Of a stretch of DNA of 40,095 nt, positions 20,757 to 31,424 are shown in pieces. Position 1 is the stretch's first letter, and each line of letters opens with the position of its first letter. The DNA comes from Pachysolen tannophilus NRRL Y-2460 (taxonomy: Eukaryota): NCBI GenBank assembly GCA_001661245.1, contig KV454016.1:124001-164095 (forward strand), given 5' to 3'. The notes beneath the pieces are model-generated. The model did not search any database. It saw only the letters and a list, made by a program, of their open reading frames with translations, and was not told the origin of the DNA. The translations under genes and the position numbers were made by a program.

Positions 20757-23700
20757 TTAATCATTACTGCATTTCCATTCTGCAAAGACAGACCAACCGG
20801 TACCATCATCTGTTATGATCAATGCTCTCCATATACCATTTTCTTGCACCAAGATATCCAAGACCCATTCTCCGAATGGGAGGGAAGGGTCTGTCTGGAT
20901 GAATTTGGAGATCTTACCACTTGGTGATTGGATTGCAATCTTAGGTCTTTTCATATCTGGCATTTGGATTGAAGTCAAGCCTTGTGAAGGAAATTGATTA
21001 ACTATAAATGTGATTTTTTGTTGGAATTTAATATTGTACATCTGGGGTGATTTAATGTATAAATCTTGTAATTGGGAGTGAATGGTTGGATATCTTTTAA
21101 CAAATTCAATATCTCTGTAAATACCATTATGATAAATTGGAACAGTCATAGCTATAGGATGAATGTTACTTAAAGTCTTTTGCAGGCCCTTTTCACCAGC
21201 AAATATTTGAACAAAAGCAGTAGAGAATTTTGACGGTAAACATGCTTTAACTTTAACAATTCTTTTACAATTATTTTTCCAGTAAACTTGAGCTAATGTA
21301 CAATTATCTTTTTCAAATTCTTCTGTTCTAATATTTGCAAAAACCTCAACATCAATAGGTAATAACATTTCAAATTCCGATGTTTCTAAATCTCTTAATC
21401 TTATTAAAGCATTGTTGAATTTATGTGGCTTCAAACTATTATAAAAAAATGAAGGAAATGTAGCAGGTGTTGAAAGTGCAACCAAAGTATCTATTGGTGG
21501 AACAATATGCTGCTGATCTATAATGGTTGGAATATGGCTATAGATTAAATCTAAAGGTTTTGTCAAAAAATAGAAAGATTCATTGCCTGCATTTTTATTG
21601 TTAAGCCCATTATTATTGAAAATTAAATTAATATCATTTGTTAAATTAGCTAGAGCAACATCGATAAATCTCCATTCACCTTCAATTAATACCGCTAACC
21701 ATGTATGATTTGGTATTAATTTATCCGAATAAGACTCATAAAAATTGCTATCTTTAAATGGATGTTTCAAGTATCCCAATACAATATCTGTTTTCAAATT
21801 CAAAGCATTTGCCATTAACTTGAATAACCAAGTCAATTGATATGAAGTTGCATGCTTATTATATATTATATCTGAAATATCATTTGGTGGAACTTTCTTA
21901 TCGAATGATTCAGTGATCAATGGGTCCTGAATTACAAATCTTTCTGCACAAAAGATAAATAAAGCTCTCAATTTTTCTAGAGGTAATTCAAACTCGTTCC
22001 CAATACTATTAACTGCAATTGACTCATAAGTTTCAAATTTGTCTATAGATAGGTTTCTAACGTATGTATCAACATGGTATAATGGAATAGAGTCTATGTT
22101 ATAATTGGACTTGTAAATAACTTCATTGGTGTTGATATTAGTGGTTATATCATTGTAAGGCTTCAAAATTAAATATGGATTTTCTTCCAAGATTCTTTTC
22201 TCACGTTCAGCTTTTTCCTTTGGAGATATTGATCTACATCTTTCTAAATCAATTAGTTTCTCTTCTTGAAGTGACTCTCCTCTTGGTTTGAAATGAGAGT
22301 AAAATTTGTCATCATATGCCTTATTCAATGAGTTTATAGATCCTCCTTTTGTCATGGACATAAAATGAATTTGTTGATCTAAGCTTACTTCATCTGAAAC
22401 TTCGTTTTTAAATAGTTTTTTCAAAAATTTTGGATGTTTTGATTTCTTATTGACAAATATTTGATCCACTATTTCCTGCTGCTCTTTTGAATCAATATTA
22501 CTTAATCCTCCTCTCAGTTGAATATTTCTTAATTTGGAGTCTTGTTCTTCTAATTGAAGTTGATATTTATGCCTTGCAAAAGACCCTGCAGAGGTTGCAC
22601 TAAAATCAGAATGACCAAAATATGAGGATCTCTCCGTATCTGTTGAAATTGCTGAGTTGTTATATGGATTCAATTGTTGGTGCAGCAGTTGCTGTCCGCT
22701 TCCATCACTAGATTTAGATACTTTTAAAGTGTCTGGGTCATAAGGTGCTATAAAACCTTCTTGTTGTGGAATAAGGTGCTGTGATAATTTTGACAGGCGC
22801 AATTGTTTTATTAATGAATTTTGATTAATGGCAGATCTTACTGGTGAAGTTTCCAGAGAACTTGTATTGAAATTGTAACTTTGAGAAGTATAACTTCCTC
22901 TATCCTGTGAAGGCGAAGAAGTTGGAGATGGATAGTTCATTAATCTTTCTGTTGAGACTTTTAAAGGTGTTGTATTTTTCTTAGGTGGTGGTGGTGGTGG
23001 AGCGTAATCATTATCATCATCGCTACTCTCTTGTAAGTCGTTATAGTTTTGGATCTGGCTGTAGTTTATACGTGAATTATTTGGTTCTCTATGTTCATTG
23101 TAGTTTCTTCCAGATCCATAAGGTCTTGAGAAATCATCAACTGAATAATACCTTGGAAGTGGATTTTTAGCAGCCTCTCTGTAACTCCTAGATAATTCCT
23201 CATGATAAGTCTGTAATGTACAATCTGCCAATGAATCATCCTCTTCTTTGTCTTGAAAATCTTTTAAATGATTATTAACGTTTGAAATGGAGTATGATTG
23301 AGGTAACCCAGAAGTAGAATGTCTTATCGGTAAATTATCCTTCTTTGGTCTACTTCCATAATCTGTAGTTTTGAAATTTCTTCTTGAAACAGCAGTCGGC
23401 TTTGATTCTCTAACAGAGCTTAAATCCTGATAAGACATAAATGATGGCATTTTATTATTGAACTTACTGATATCGTTCAAGCTTTCGCTTGCTGTTAGCT
23501 GTTGATACAGTTGTTGTTGTTGTTGCTGTTGCTGTTGTTGTTGTTCCTGCTGAAGTTGAATATTACCGAGACTATTTCTATTTTTCACTAATTGCGTGGC
23601 AAGACTTTGCCTAGATGATGACTGGAATGGTAAAGAAGAGTCCACTAATTTGACATAGTTTGAAGGAAAAATACCCTCCATCTTATTTCTTTTCAATTTA

Positions 23701-23837
23701 CCATACCACCATTTCCCATCTCCAAAGTCCGAGACCTCAATTAAATCACCTTCCAAAATCCCCAAGTCCGTTTCCTCCTCTCCCGACCAAGAGTAAATAG
23801 CTTTAGCACGGCAAGGAAGCTGAATCTGAGCTGACAT
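20757..23837 (-). CDS. CYK3: Cytokinesis protein Cyk3 (SH3 plus transglutaminase-like domain)
   Basis: N-terminal SH3 (AIYSWSGE..DLG..GDGKWW..GIFPSNYV), FSATSAGSFARH, NHTWLAVLIEGEWRFID, WSVFAEW. Confidence 0.93.
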   Translation of the reverse strand: MSAQIQLPCRAKAIYSWSGEEETDLGILEGDLIEVSDFGDGKWWYGKLKRNKMEGIFPSNYVKLVDSSLPFQSSSRQSLATQLVKNRNSLGNIQLQQEQQQQQQQQQQQLYQQLTASESLNDISKFNNKMPSFMSYQDLSSVRESKPTAVSRRNFKTTDYGSRPKKDNLPIRHSTSGLPQSYSISNVNNHLKDFQDKEEDDSLADCTLQTYHEELSRSYREAAKNPLPRYYSVDDFSRPYGSGRNYNEHREPNNSRINYSQIQNYNDLQESSDDDNDYAPPPPPPKKNTTPLKVSTERLMNYPSPTSSPSQDRGSYTSQSYNFNTSSLETSPVRSAINQNSLIKQLRLSKLSQHLIPQQEGFIAPYDPDTLKVSKSSDGSGQQLLHQQLNPYNNSAISTDTERSSYFGHSDFSATSAGSFARHKYQLQLEEQDSKLRNIQLRGGLSNIDSKEQQEIVDQIFVNKKSKHPKFLKKLFKNEVSDEVSLDQQIHFMSMTKGGSINSLNKAYDDKFYSHFKPRGESLQEEKLIDLERCRSISPKEKAEREKRILEENPYLILKPYNDITTNINTNEVIYKSNYNIDSIPLYHVDTYVRNLSIDKFETYESIAVNSIGNEFELPLEKLRALFIFCAERFVIQDPLITESFDKKVPPNDISDIIYNKHATSYQLTWLFKLMANALNLKTDIVLGYLKHPFKDSNFYESYSDKLIPNHTWLAVLIEGEWRFIDVALANLTNDINLIFNNNGLNNKNAGNESFYFLTKPLDLIYSHIPTIIDQQHIVPPIDTLVALSTPATFPSFFYNSLKPHKFNNALIRLRDLETSEFEMLLPIDVEVFANIRTEEFEKDNCTLAQVYWKNNCKRIVKVKACLPSKFSTAFVQIFAGEKGLQKTLSNIHPIAMTVPIYHNGIYRDIEFVKRYPTIHSQLQDLYIKSPQMYNIKFQQKITFIVNQFPSQGLTSIQMPDMKRPKIAIQSPSGKISKFIQTDPSLPFGEWVLDILVQENGIWRALIITDDGTGWSVFAEWKCSND

Positions 23838-24310
23838 AATTCAGAGAAATGTCGTTCGCTCTATACGATATATAAAGTGAATTGGCTGCTGGTTGCGTCA
23901 AAACTTCAAAAATCAAAATGATATTCTTGAATACACAAACAAAAAAAAATAAAAAAGAAGAAGAAAATTTTTTTTGGCACAACCAGTCTCTTCTATATGT
24001 GAATTTCTTACTGCTCAAATAGCTTGAAAAAAATCTTTGGTACCTATATTTTGAAAGACGAAAAAAAGTTTCGATATTTATTTGCTTATTCCATTAAATG
24101 AATATTTTATAAATTTAGAAAATTAGAGCTATGCTTTAAAATTATATACTAACTTATTACCTGAATCGACGATCTGATCACTTTTAACTAGGGAAACGAA
24201 ACTTCATAACCAAAGGGTTCCAGAGACCTAGATCTTGATTCACGCCTACTAGATGATATGCATGCTCCTACAGTAGCTGGTCAAAGTTCATGTTCGAAAA
24301 AAAAACTTTT

Positions 24311-24336
24311 TTACCTCTTTAGGAAATTTGTAAACA
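24311..24336. promoter_or_regulatory. Mcm1-forkhead composite element upstream of CYK3
   Basis: TTACCTCTTTAGGAAA CArG-like box followed by GTAAACA. Confidence 0.65.
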
Positions 24337-24449
24337 TTCATAATAATGTCCCAAAGTACATACATATAACCTTTCTCTATATACAACTGATAGTTGACGG
24401 CATCGGTGAGAGGATTGCCTGACTAATTGGCTATTTTGATATTTTTTCC

Positions 24450-27400
24450 TTATTTCTCCCCGGAGTCAATTACCCAGCTACCGTTGATCTTATTTTGAAA
24501 GACCTTGATTACGGGTAAATCCCAGCCTATACCACCTGTGCCTATACTAGCACCAAATCGTGGAATCACATAGCACTCTCTTCTAGTGGGTGAGACATTT
24601 TTTGGAGCATAAGGATGGCCCAACGGTTTCGAGTAAGTGACTAAACTGCTGTTCTTGGCGATGTTTGCCAAGGCTTTCCCAGTAATTTCTGTAAGAGGCT
24701 TCATCCGTAATTTTGTAAGTTTTTTCTCTGATGAGTTAGAACTTAGATTTAAAGATTGATATATCAAATAAGGTGGTGGTAACTCGCCTGAATTCACTAT
24801 TACTGATCCAGGATGTATATAAACATAAGGATCAATGTTTTCGTCTTTTGATGATTTTGACGGGAATAATGTAATGTAAGGAATGTTGATTATATTTGTC
24901 CTGTTAGCGATGGTAACATCAGATGACCCCAAGTCTCCTCTAATTGCAACCTGGTCAATGAATCCTGATGCTATCATTTGCTTCAATGCTGAGAGCTGGG
25001 TTTTGGAAGGAATTCCAACTTTGAAATCAGCTTCATCGGTAACCTTGGCTAAAGCAATATTTTCTTTCTCGGTGTTCACTTTGACAATGAACATAATTTG
25101 TTTTCTTAACTTGATAATCTCCTCCATAACTTTTGGTCTTAAGAAATTATCTTTAAAAAACTGAAGTCTATCTTGAAGAGGAATATGATCAACTGCACAA
25201 ACACAGGATAATAATCTTAGTGCATCACTATTCTTATCTAATTTACTAAATAGTTTTCTCGACAGATAAAAATCTTTTCTCAATTGACGTTTGGCTTCTT
25301 TGTCTGTGTTATCTTCATCCATTTCATTGTCATTTTCACCCTCATTAGAAATACCTAATTCATTTTCATTAATAAATGGATCACCAACAGATAATGCAGA
25401 TACAATAGCAACTACGTAGGGTAAACAACTAAATTGATTGCTGACAATTAACATTTTAGAAAAACGTGGACTCAAAGGAAATAAACTCATGGTTTTACCC
25501 AACTCTGTAATATTTCCATCAGTATTCAAGGCCCCCAAGTATCTAAGTAACTTTTCAGCCTTGCTCAAAGTAAATCTATCAGGTGGAGTAGGAAATGGGA
25601 AATTAATAATGTTATCAATCCCCATTGATTTCATCGATAATACCACTGTCTCAACTGGCATTCTTAAAATCTCGGGTTTGCTAAATTGTTCAAAATCTCC
25701 TTCAAAAACTGCAGAGGAATATAATCTATAACAATGACCAGGACCAGTTCTACCAGCTCTACCGGATCTTTGGTCAGCACTAGCTTTCGAAATCCAATCA
25801 ATTTCAAAACTTTGAACGCCAGTGTCTTCGTTAAACTTTCTTTCCTTTGATCTTCCACAGTCGACAACGTAACGAATACCGGGAATTGTTAACGAAGTTT
25901 CTGCAACATTGGTAGCAACAATACAGATTCTACTACCTTTTGGTGGTTCTTGAAAGACCTTCATTTGTTCCAGAGTTGGTAAAAGCGAATACAATGGTAA
26001 TACATATAATGGTTGGTTTTTAACTTGATCAGCTGCATCTAAAGCTTCTTCAAACCCTTCTTCCTCTTCTTGGGTTTCTTGGTCCTCATCATAGTCATCT
26101 TTTTCTTCCTCGCCAATACGAACACTAAAATCTATATCTTCAACTTCTGCATCTACATGCTTTGCATTTATTTTAACTTCAGGGGCATCATTTTCTTCAT
26201 TGACAATCCTGTTCTGGTTCGAATGGCTAATTCTTTTGGATTTTTTCTCAAATGGGAACTCTTTTCTTAAACGTGTAACCATATGTTTAATTTCATTTTG
26301 ACCAGTTAGGAAAATTAATATACCTCCTTGAGGCAACCTTTGATGAATTTTACAAGTTTTTCTAAAAGCCTCTTCAAGATAGTTGAATGAAGTACGACGA
26401 TTGAAATGTATTGAGACAGGGTACTGTCTAGCTTCAATTTTTATCATTGGAGGTGGTTTTTCAAATAAAGCCAAGTTTTCACTAAAGTCAGAAACTCTTA
26501 ATGTAGCAGACATTATTACAAGTTTTAATTTCTTGTATTTTACAGGATCTTTTTCATGATACTGGTTTCTTAATTTCAATATTCGACTTAACATTCCAAT
26601 CAATATATCGGTATTGATATTTCTTTCGTGTGCTTCATCAATGATTATAGCAGAGTATTTACTCAACATGAAATCAGTCATCATTTCTCTAAGTAAAACA
26701 CCATCAGTCATAAATTTCAAAGAAGTATTCGGTTTTGTTGTAGAATCAAATCTAATTTGATAACCCACCTTGTTACCATGATTGCCTAGTTCTTTGGAAA
26801 CACGCGAAGCCATAGAGACCGCAGCAACTCTTCTTGGTTGCGTGACCCCAATCATACCTGGTGTATCTGAATCTGGAGATCCATAACCTGCCTCAAATAA
26901 AAACTGCGGTACTTGGGTGGTTTTACCAGATCCAGTTTCACCACATAAAATTACACAGTCATTGTTATGGATTAATTCCATAACATTGAATTCTTGGGCG
27001 AAAATTGGTAACTCGGAACGTTGCTTTTGGATCTCTTCTGGACGTTCAACTTGAACATAATAAACCCTTTTTCTTGATCCTTTACCATTTGTTAAAGGAA
27101 TATATTCTTCTAGTGAGATTTCTTCTCTATCTTCGGGACGATCTATTGGTTTGTAATCTATATTCAAAATTGGAGTTGGAATTGATTCTTCTGTTCCTTC
27201 CAATTTTCGCACTTCAGACAGTGCCCATTCTTTAAACTGAGATCCCTTTTTACCAAAGTGAGGTTTAAATTTGGAAACTTTTTCTTCTTCTTCTTCTTCT
27301 TCTTCTTCTTCATCTTCATCTTCATCATCGTTGGATTCTGACATACCTGATTGTGATTCAGCCTCAGAAATTTCCTCACCGGATTCATTTTCTTCGCTAT

Positions 27401-28304
27401 CTAACTCTTCAGTCTCTTTGTCTTGATCATGGGAATCTGATGACTGAGCTTCTTCTTCTTCTTCTTCTTCTTCTTCGTCACTAGATGAAAGAAAATCCTG
27501 TTCGGCCTCTAAATTTTTCGCTTTTCTTTCCATCTCAATTGTCTCAACTGCAGAGTTCCATTTTTTCTTTTTTTTCGGTACTTTGACTATATTCTTGAAA
27601 GTAAAGCTGATTCCAGAATTTGGCCTATAATCTTGTATATTGGAAGAAACAGTATCTGTTGATTGAAAATTCAGATAATTGAAATCATTGGATTCCGGTT
27701 TTTCCTCGTTTTGGTCTTCACCATTATTAAGATTTTCTTCAAATTTTTCCATATCATCTTCATCCAGATCCCATTCTTTAACTTCCCTCTCTTCGTACAA
27801 TATATTTCTAGTTCTTTCATCACTTTTTCCTTGTTTCTCTAAATTCAATGCTTCAATAAACTCCTCCCTCCTAGTTTGTCTCCCAGAACCTAATAATTTG
27901 GAAGGCTTCAACAAGGAAGTATCAAATTTTGTCTTTTGCAATTTCTCAAGTAATTCTTTCTTTTCCTCTCTTTTTAATTGATGTTCTATATACTTATCTA
28001 ATCTCTTTTTTTTATTTTTTGAAATTTTTGATTCCTGTTGCTGGAAAAGCTGTTCCTCAAGTTTACGCTTCCTCTCAGCCTTCTCAGCATCACTCATTGG
28101 CTTCAATATCTCCAAATTAGGATCACTTTCCTTCCCCTCTTCCATAATCAAACCTTCATGGCTTTGTTCTTCCTCCTCTAATTTTTTAGATCCATTATCT
28201 AAATGTCTTGTAAATTGTTTTTGCCTCATTTTTTTCAAAGCTGCTTGCTTGGCAAGCATCCCACTTCGAGCCTTTTCATTGAATCTCTTTCTATACTTCC
28301 CCAT
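24450..28304 (-). CDS. ECM16: DEAH-box RNA helicase Dhr1/Ecm16
   Basis: MGKYRKRFNEKAR start, GETGSGKTTQ, DEAH, MSATL, QRSGRAGR. Confidence 0.96.
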   Translation of the reverse strand: MGKYRKRFNEKARSGMLAKQAALKKMRQKQFTRHLDNGSKKLEEEEQSHEGLIMEEGKESDPNLEILKPMSDAEKAERKRKLEEQLFQQQESKISKNKKKRLDKYIEHQLKREEKKELLEKLQKTKFDTSLLKPSKLLGSGRQTRREEFIEALNLEKQGKSDERTRNILYEEREVKEWDLDEDDMEKFEENLNNGEDQNEEKPESNDFNYLNFQSTDTVSSNIQDYRPNSGISFTFKNIVKVPKKKKKWNSAVETIEMERKAKNLEAEQDFLSSSDEEEEEEEEEAQSSDSHDQDKETEELDSEENESGEEISEAESQSGMSESNDDEDEDEEEEEEEEEEKVSKFKPHFGKKGSQFKEWALSEVRKLEGTEESIPTPILNIDYKPIDRPEDREEISLEEYIPLTNGKGSRKRVYYVQVERPEEIQKQRSELPIFAQEFNVMELIHNNDCVILCGETGSGKTTQVPQFLFEAGYGSPDSDTPGMIGVTQPRRVAAVSMASRVSKELGNHGNKVGYQIRFDSTTKPNTSLKFMTDGVLLREMMTDFMLSKYSAIIIDEAHERNINTDILIGMLSRILKLRNQYHEKDPVKYKKLKLVIMSATLRVSDFSENLALFEKPPPMIKIEARQYPVSIHFNRRTSFNYLEEAFRKTCKIHQRLPQGGILIFLTGQNEIKHMVTRLRKEFPFEKKSKRISHSNQNRIVNEENDAPEVKINAKHVDAEVEDIDFSVRIGEEEKDDYDEDQETQEEEEGFEEALDAADQVKNQPLYVLPLYSLLPTLEQMKVFQEPPKGSRICIVATNVAETSLTIPGIRYVVDCGRSKERKFNEDTGVQSFEIDWISKASADQRSGRAGRTGPGHCYRLYSSAVFEGDFEQFSKPEILRMPVETVVLSMKSMGIDNIINFPFPTPPDRFTLSKAEKLLRYLGALNTDGNITELGKTMSLFPLSPRFSKMLIVSNQFSCLPYVVAIVSALSVGDPFINENELGISNEGENDNEMDEDNTDKEAKRQLRKDFYLSRKLFSKLDKNSDALRLLSCVCAVDHIPLQDRLQFFKDNFLRPKVMEEIIKLRKQIMFIVKVNTEKENIALAKVTDEADFKVGIPSKTQLSALKQMIASGFIDQVAIRGDLGSSDVTIANRTNIINIPYITLFPSKSSKDENIDPYVYIHPGSVIVNSGELPPPYLIYQSLNLSSNSSEKKLTKLRMKPLTEITGKALANIAKNSSLVTYSKPLGHPYAPKNVSPTRRECYVIPRFGASIGTGGIGWDLPVIKVFQNKINGSWVIDSGEK

Positions 28305-28422
28305 TTTAACTACCTTCCACCTAAACTAAAATCAGCCTTAAACCAATTACTCTACTCTCTATCCACACTTGAATTATACTCCTATTACAACTAACTATAA
28401 CTACCTCTTTTTCTACTAGGAC

Positions 28423-28471
28423 TGAAAAATTTTTTTTTTCTTTTTTTTTCCCTATTTAATTGACCTCATCG
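28423..28471. promoter_or_regulatory. RRPE (28423-28433) and PAC (28465-28471) upstream of ECM16
   Basis: TGAAAAATTTT and CGATGAG (minus strand). Confidence 0.65.
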
Positions 28472-28594
28472 GACATAAATAAAAAGTAGTGTTTGAAAAT
28501 AACAATAAAACAGTTTTTGAAAAAAAAAGTCGCGCGTGCATTAAAACAATAGGGGCTGAAATAAATAAGAAATAGCAGAGTTTTTCAACAATAA

Positions 28595-28691
28595 GGCACT
28601 ATGGCCGAGCGGTTAAGGCGAAAGACTTGAATTTTCCTTTCAAGGTATCTTTTGGGATTTTCCCGCGCAGGTTCGAGTCCTGCTGGTGTCG
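28595..28691 (+). tRNA. tRNA-Ser(UGA) with 15-nt intron (28632-28646)
   Basis: GGCACTA/TGGTGTC acceptor stem, A box, AAAGA/TCTTT anticodon stem, TGA at 28628-28630, long variable arm, GTTCGAGTC B box, G discriminator, downstream T-run. Confidence 0.95.
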
Positions 28692-29220
28692 TTAATTTTT
28701 TTTAACTTTTTTTTAATTTTTCATGGTATTAAACATATCATTAGTACCGGTATTATTGATATTTATTTGATTTTAAAGATATATTTATATATATATATAT
28801 ATATTGTTGATTTGTATTGAAAAACGAAAGAATAAAACAAGCAAAAAGTCTTTTTTTTTTGGTTAAAGAAAAAGCAAAAACGAAAATAATAAGTACTAAA
28901 TATATATGAATAAATGTAAAAGATAAAATGGCACATAAGACGCATATAATGGTAGGATCAAAAAACATAACACACAAATATAGAAGAAAATAAAAAATAA
29001 ACAGAGTAAAACCACTTGTAGAATCTAGTAAATGACAATGATAAAAAAAAAAAGAAAAAAAAAAAGAAAATAAAATGTTCATATAAAAAATAAAATAAAA
29101 TAAAATAAAATAATAAGAGCTTATCTAGTGCTAAAACATTAAAACCCAGTTTCCGTAAAAGATTTAACAATATAAAAATAAAATAAAAAAAAAAAAAAAA
29201 ATTACAAATAAATAGATCTA

Positions 29221-31227
29221 TCATTCTCTATTTTTACCGCCGACCCCATGAATTTTCCTTTCATGTGCTTTCATATTATCATTTCTGTTGAATTTTTTAT
29301 TACAAACACCACAAACAAAAGGTTTCTCAGAACTATGTGATCTCATATGTCTCTTAACATGTTCAGGCCTTTGGAACTTACCTCCACATAGTGGACACTC
29401 ATGAACTTTTTTCTTCTTCTCCTTTTTCGGAATATCATCAACAACAACTTCTACTGGTATTGTATGATCATCTTCTTCTCGAAGATTATTGTTGACATGA
29501 TTATGAGGGGAAATAGGAGCTGAAACAATTATGTTATGACTTTTTGGAACTGTAAAATGATGCTGCTGAGGTAAGAAACTTGCCAGGATAGGAATGGATT
29601 GAATTGAATCATGATGTTGATGATGTGTTTGCTGAGGATTTGGATGATGATCAAATAATTGTGGAACAGAATTATGATGTATCAATTGTGGAGGAGGCAT
29701 TATTGCTTCTGTTGAAGAAGGAGGAGTTAATAAATTAGATGATAAATTCACAGAACTTCTGGATCTCGATAAGAAAGCAGGATTGCCTAGCAAATAAGTT
29801 TGTGAAATGGCATGTGATGAATTATTATCACTATCTTGACTATTTTGACGATTAACGTTATTATTTGTACTGTATGTCTCAGTATTTTCAGAATCTATTA
29901 ACAATGGAAAATTTGCCAAATCAGAAATATTTTGATTATTCATTAATTTATCTGCAAGTTGTAAAGACAAATCAGCAGCTTTAAAAAAATCAGGGTTACT
30001 ACCAGTATTACCATTTTCACCAAATGATGATGATAAACTTACTGTACTTTTCATTCTCTTGTGATGATTTGGGAAAAAAATATTATCACCATTGGTTTTC
30101 CTATTGAAATCATCATCCATACCAGCAGTAATTTCATCACGCTCATTTTGATTATCAAATTGGTGAAGATGATGATAATGATGATTATCATCTTTTCTAA
30201 TTGGTGTAAACCGCGTTTGTTCTTTGGTAAGCATATATGGAGATATTGATAACGCTGCTTGAGGTAATTCTTGTAAATTATCATGATGGTGACTACCAAG
30301 TGGCTTCACTGTAGACATTGGTGTTTGTAAAGGTGTGTGACGAGGACTATCAGTTCTAGGTGATAGAAAAGAAGGTGGAGTATAAAAAGGGTTTATTCCA
30401 GAACCACTTGCCATTGCAGGAGATGTCTTTGTATTTGAATTTGAATTTGAATTTCCTGGTATAACAGCTGGACCCAATGTCATCATTGCTGTTGCTGCTG
30501 TTGCCGCTGCTGTTGCTGTTGTTGTTGCCGCAACTGGTATAATTGCAGCTGATCCATTTGCATCCAGTGATAACCGCGAACGCGATCTCGTATGACCTTT
30601 ACGTCTCGATGTCAATATCGACGATGAAGGTGTTCTTCTCAATGGGGTTTGAAATTGCTGGAAATTTGCCGAAGTATTCACCATTTGTAAAGGAGTTTTA
30701 CTCGAAAAAGAAGGTCTTCTATTGGATATCCTCAGTGGGGTCTTAAGTTGTGGTAATGTCAGCTGCTGAGACTGCACCTGTGGTAATTGAGCACCATTAT
30801 TATTGTTATTGTTATTACTGTTGTTGTTGTTATGAGCTGGTGAGTAATTCGATCCCGAAAGGAAAGATGAAAAAGATGATACCGTCGACGTGGAAAAAGA
30901 TTCTGGAATTGTAGATGATGATAACGAATCGGGAATTGAAGAAAAATTTGGATCGAATTGAGTTCCTGGAAATAAATGCTGTGAAGATCCGGAACTACTG
31001 TTCGGAATAAAACTATTTCCATTATGAATATGAGAATCTTCGTTATTATTATTATTATTATTATTATGGGAAAAATCAAATATAGCTGTATTATTTGTAT
31101 TAGCGCGGTTTGGAAAATCCACTGAAGTGGTAACATCATCATTTATTTCATCTTGACCCGATGTCCTTCGAATTTCAGAAGACTCATTTATTGAGGCAGC
31201 TTCTGATAGTTTGATAGAGGAACTCAT
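29221..31227 (-). CDS. C2H2 zinc-finger transcription factor (two C-terminal fingers, Msn2/Com2/BrlA-like)
   Basis: [38 protein letters not shown] after a long low-complexity region with an RRPS PKA-type site. Confidence 0.88.
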   Translation of the reverse strand: MSSSIKLSEAASINESSEIRRTSGQDEINDDVTTSVDFPNRANTNNTAIFDFSHNNNNNNNNEDSHIHNGNSFIPNSSSGSSQHLFPGTQFDPNFSSIPDSLSSSTIPESFSTSTVSSFSSFLSGSNYSPAHNNNNSNNNNNNNGAQLPQVQSQQLTLPQLKTPLRISNRRPSFSSKTPLQMVNTSANFQQFQTPLRRTPSSSILTSRRKGHTRSRSRLSLDANGSAAIIPVAATTTATAAATAATAMMTLGPAVIPGNSNSNSNTKTSPAMASGSGINPFYTPPSFLSPRTDSPRHTPLQTPMSTVKPLGSHHHDNLQELPQAALSISPYMLTKEQTRFTPIRKDDNHHYHHLHQFDNQNERDEITAGMDDDFNRKTNGDNIFFPNHHKRMKSTVSLSSSFGENGNTGSNPDFFKAADLSLQLADKLMNNQNISDLANFPLLIDSENTETYSTNNNVNRQNSQDSDNNSSHAISQTYLLGNPAFLSRSRSSVNLSSNLLTPPSSTEAIMPPPQLIHHNSVPQLFDHHPNPQQTHHQHHDSIQSIPILASFLPQQHHFTVPKSHNIIVSAPISPHNHVNNNLREEDDHTIPVEVVVDDIPKKEKKKKVHECPLCGGKFQRPEHVKRHMRSHSSEKPFVCGVCNKKFNRNDNMKAHERKIHGVGGKNRE

Positions 31228-31364
31228 AAACGGTCAAAGTATCGAATTATGATAGATCTAAAAAAACAATCTGAATGACAACATGCAAAATTTAGTACTT
31301 TATAATGAGAATTCAAAAAGTAAAAAAAAAAAGTAAAAAAAAAATAGAGAAAAATTGTATAAAC

Positions 31365-31424
31365 ATATATATATATTTTATATATATTATATATATAATA
31401 TATATATATAATATATATATATAA
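31365..31424. repeat. Imperfect (TA)n microsatellite
   Basis: Read directly from the sequence; boundaries approximate. Confidence 0.85.

Noticed and set aside
24147..24300. Plus-strand TACTAAC and a slightly GC-richer stretch as a possible intron or sn/snoRNA
   Set aside because: No good donor or host gene on that strand and no snRNA or snoRNA hallmark recognised; explained as the CYK3 promoter. An Rfam scan would settle it.
28595..28691. tRNA as the CUG-decoding tRNA
   Set aside because: The anticodon is TGA, not CAG.
28753..29224. Phe-rich minus-strand ORFs
   Set aside because: Produced by poly(A/T) tracts downstream of the zinc-finger gene.
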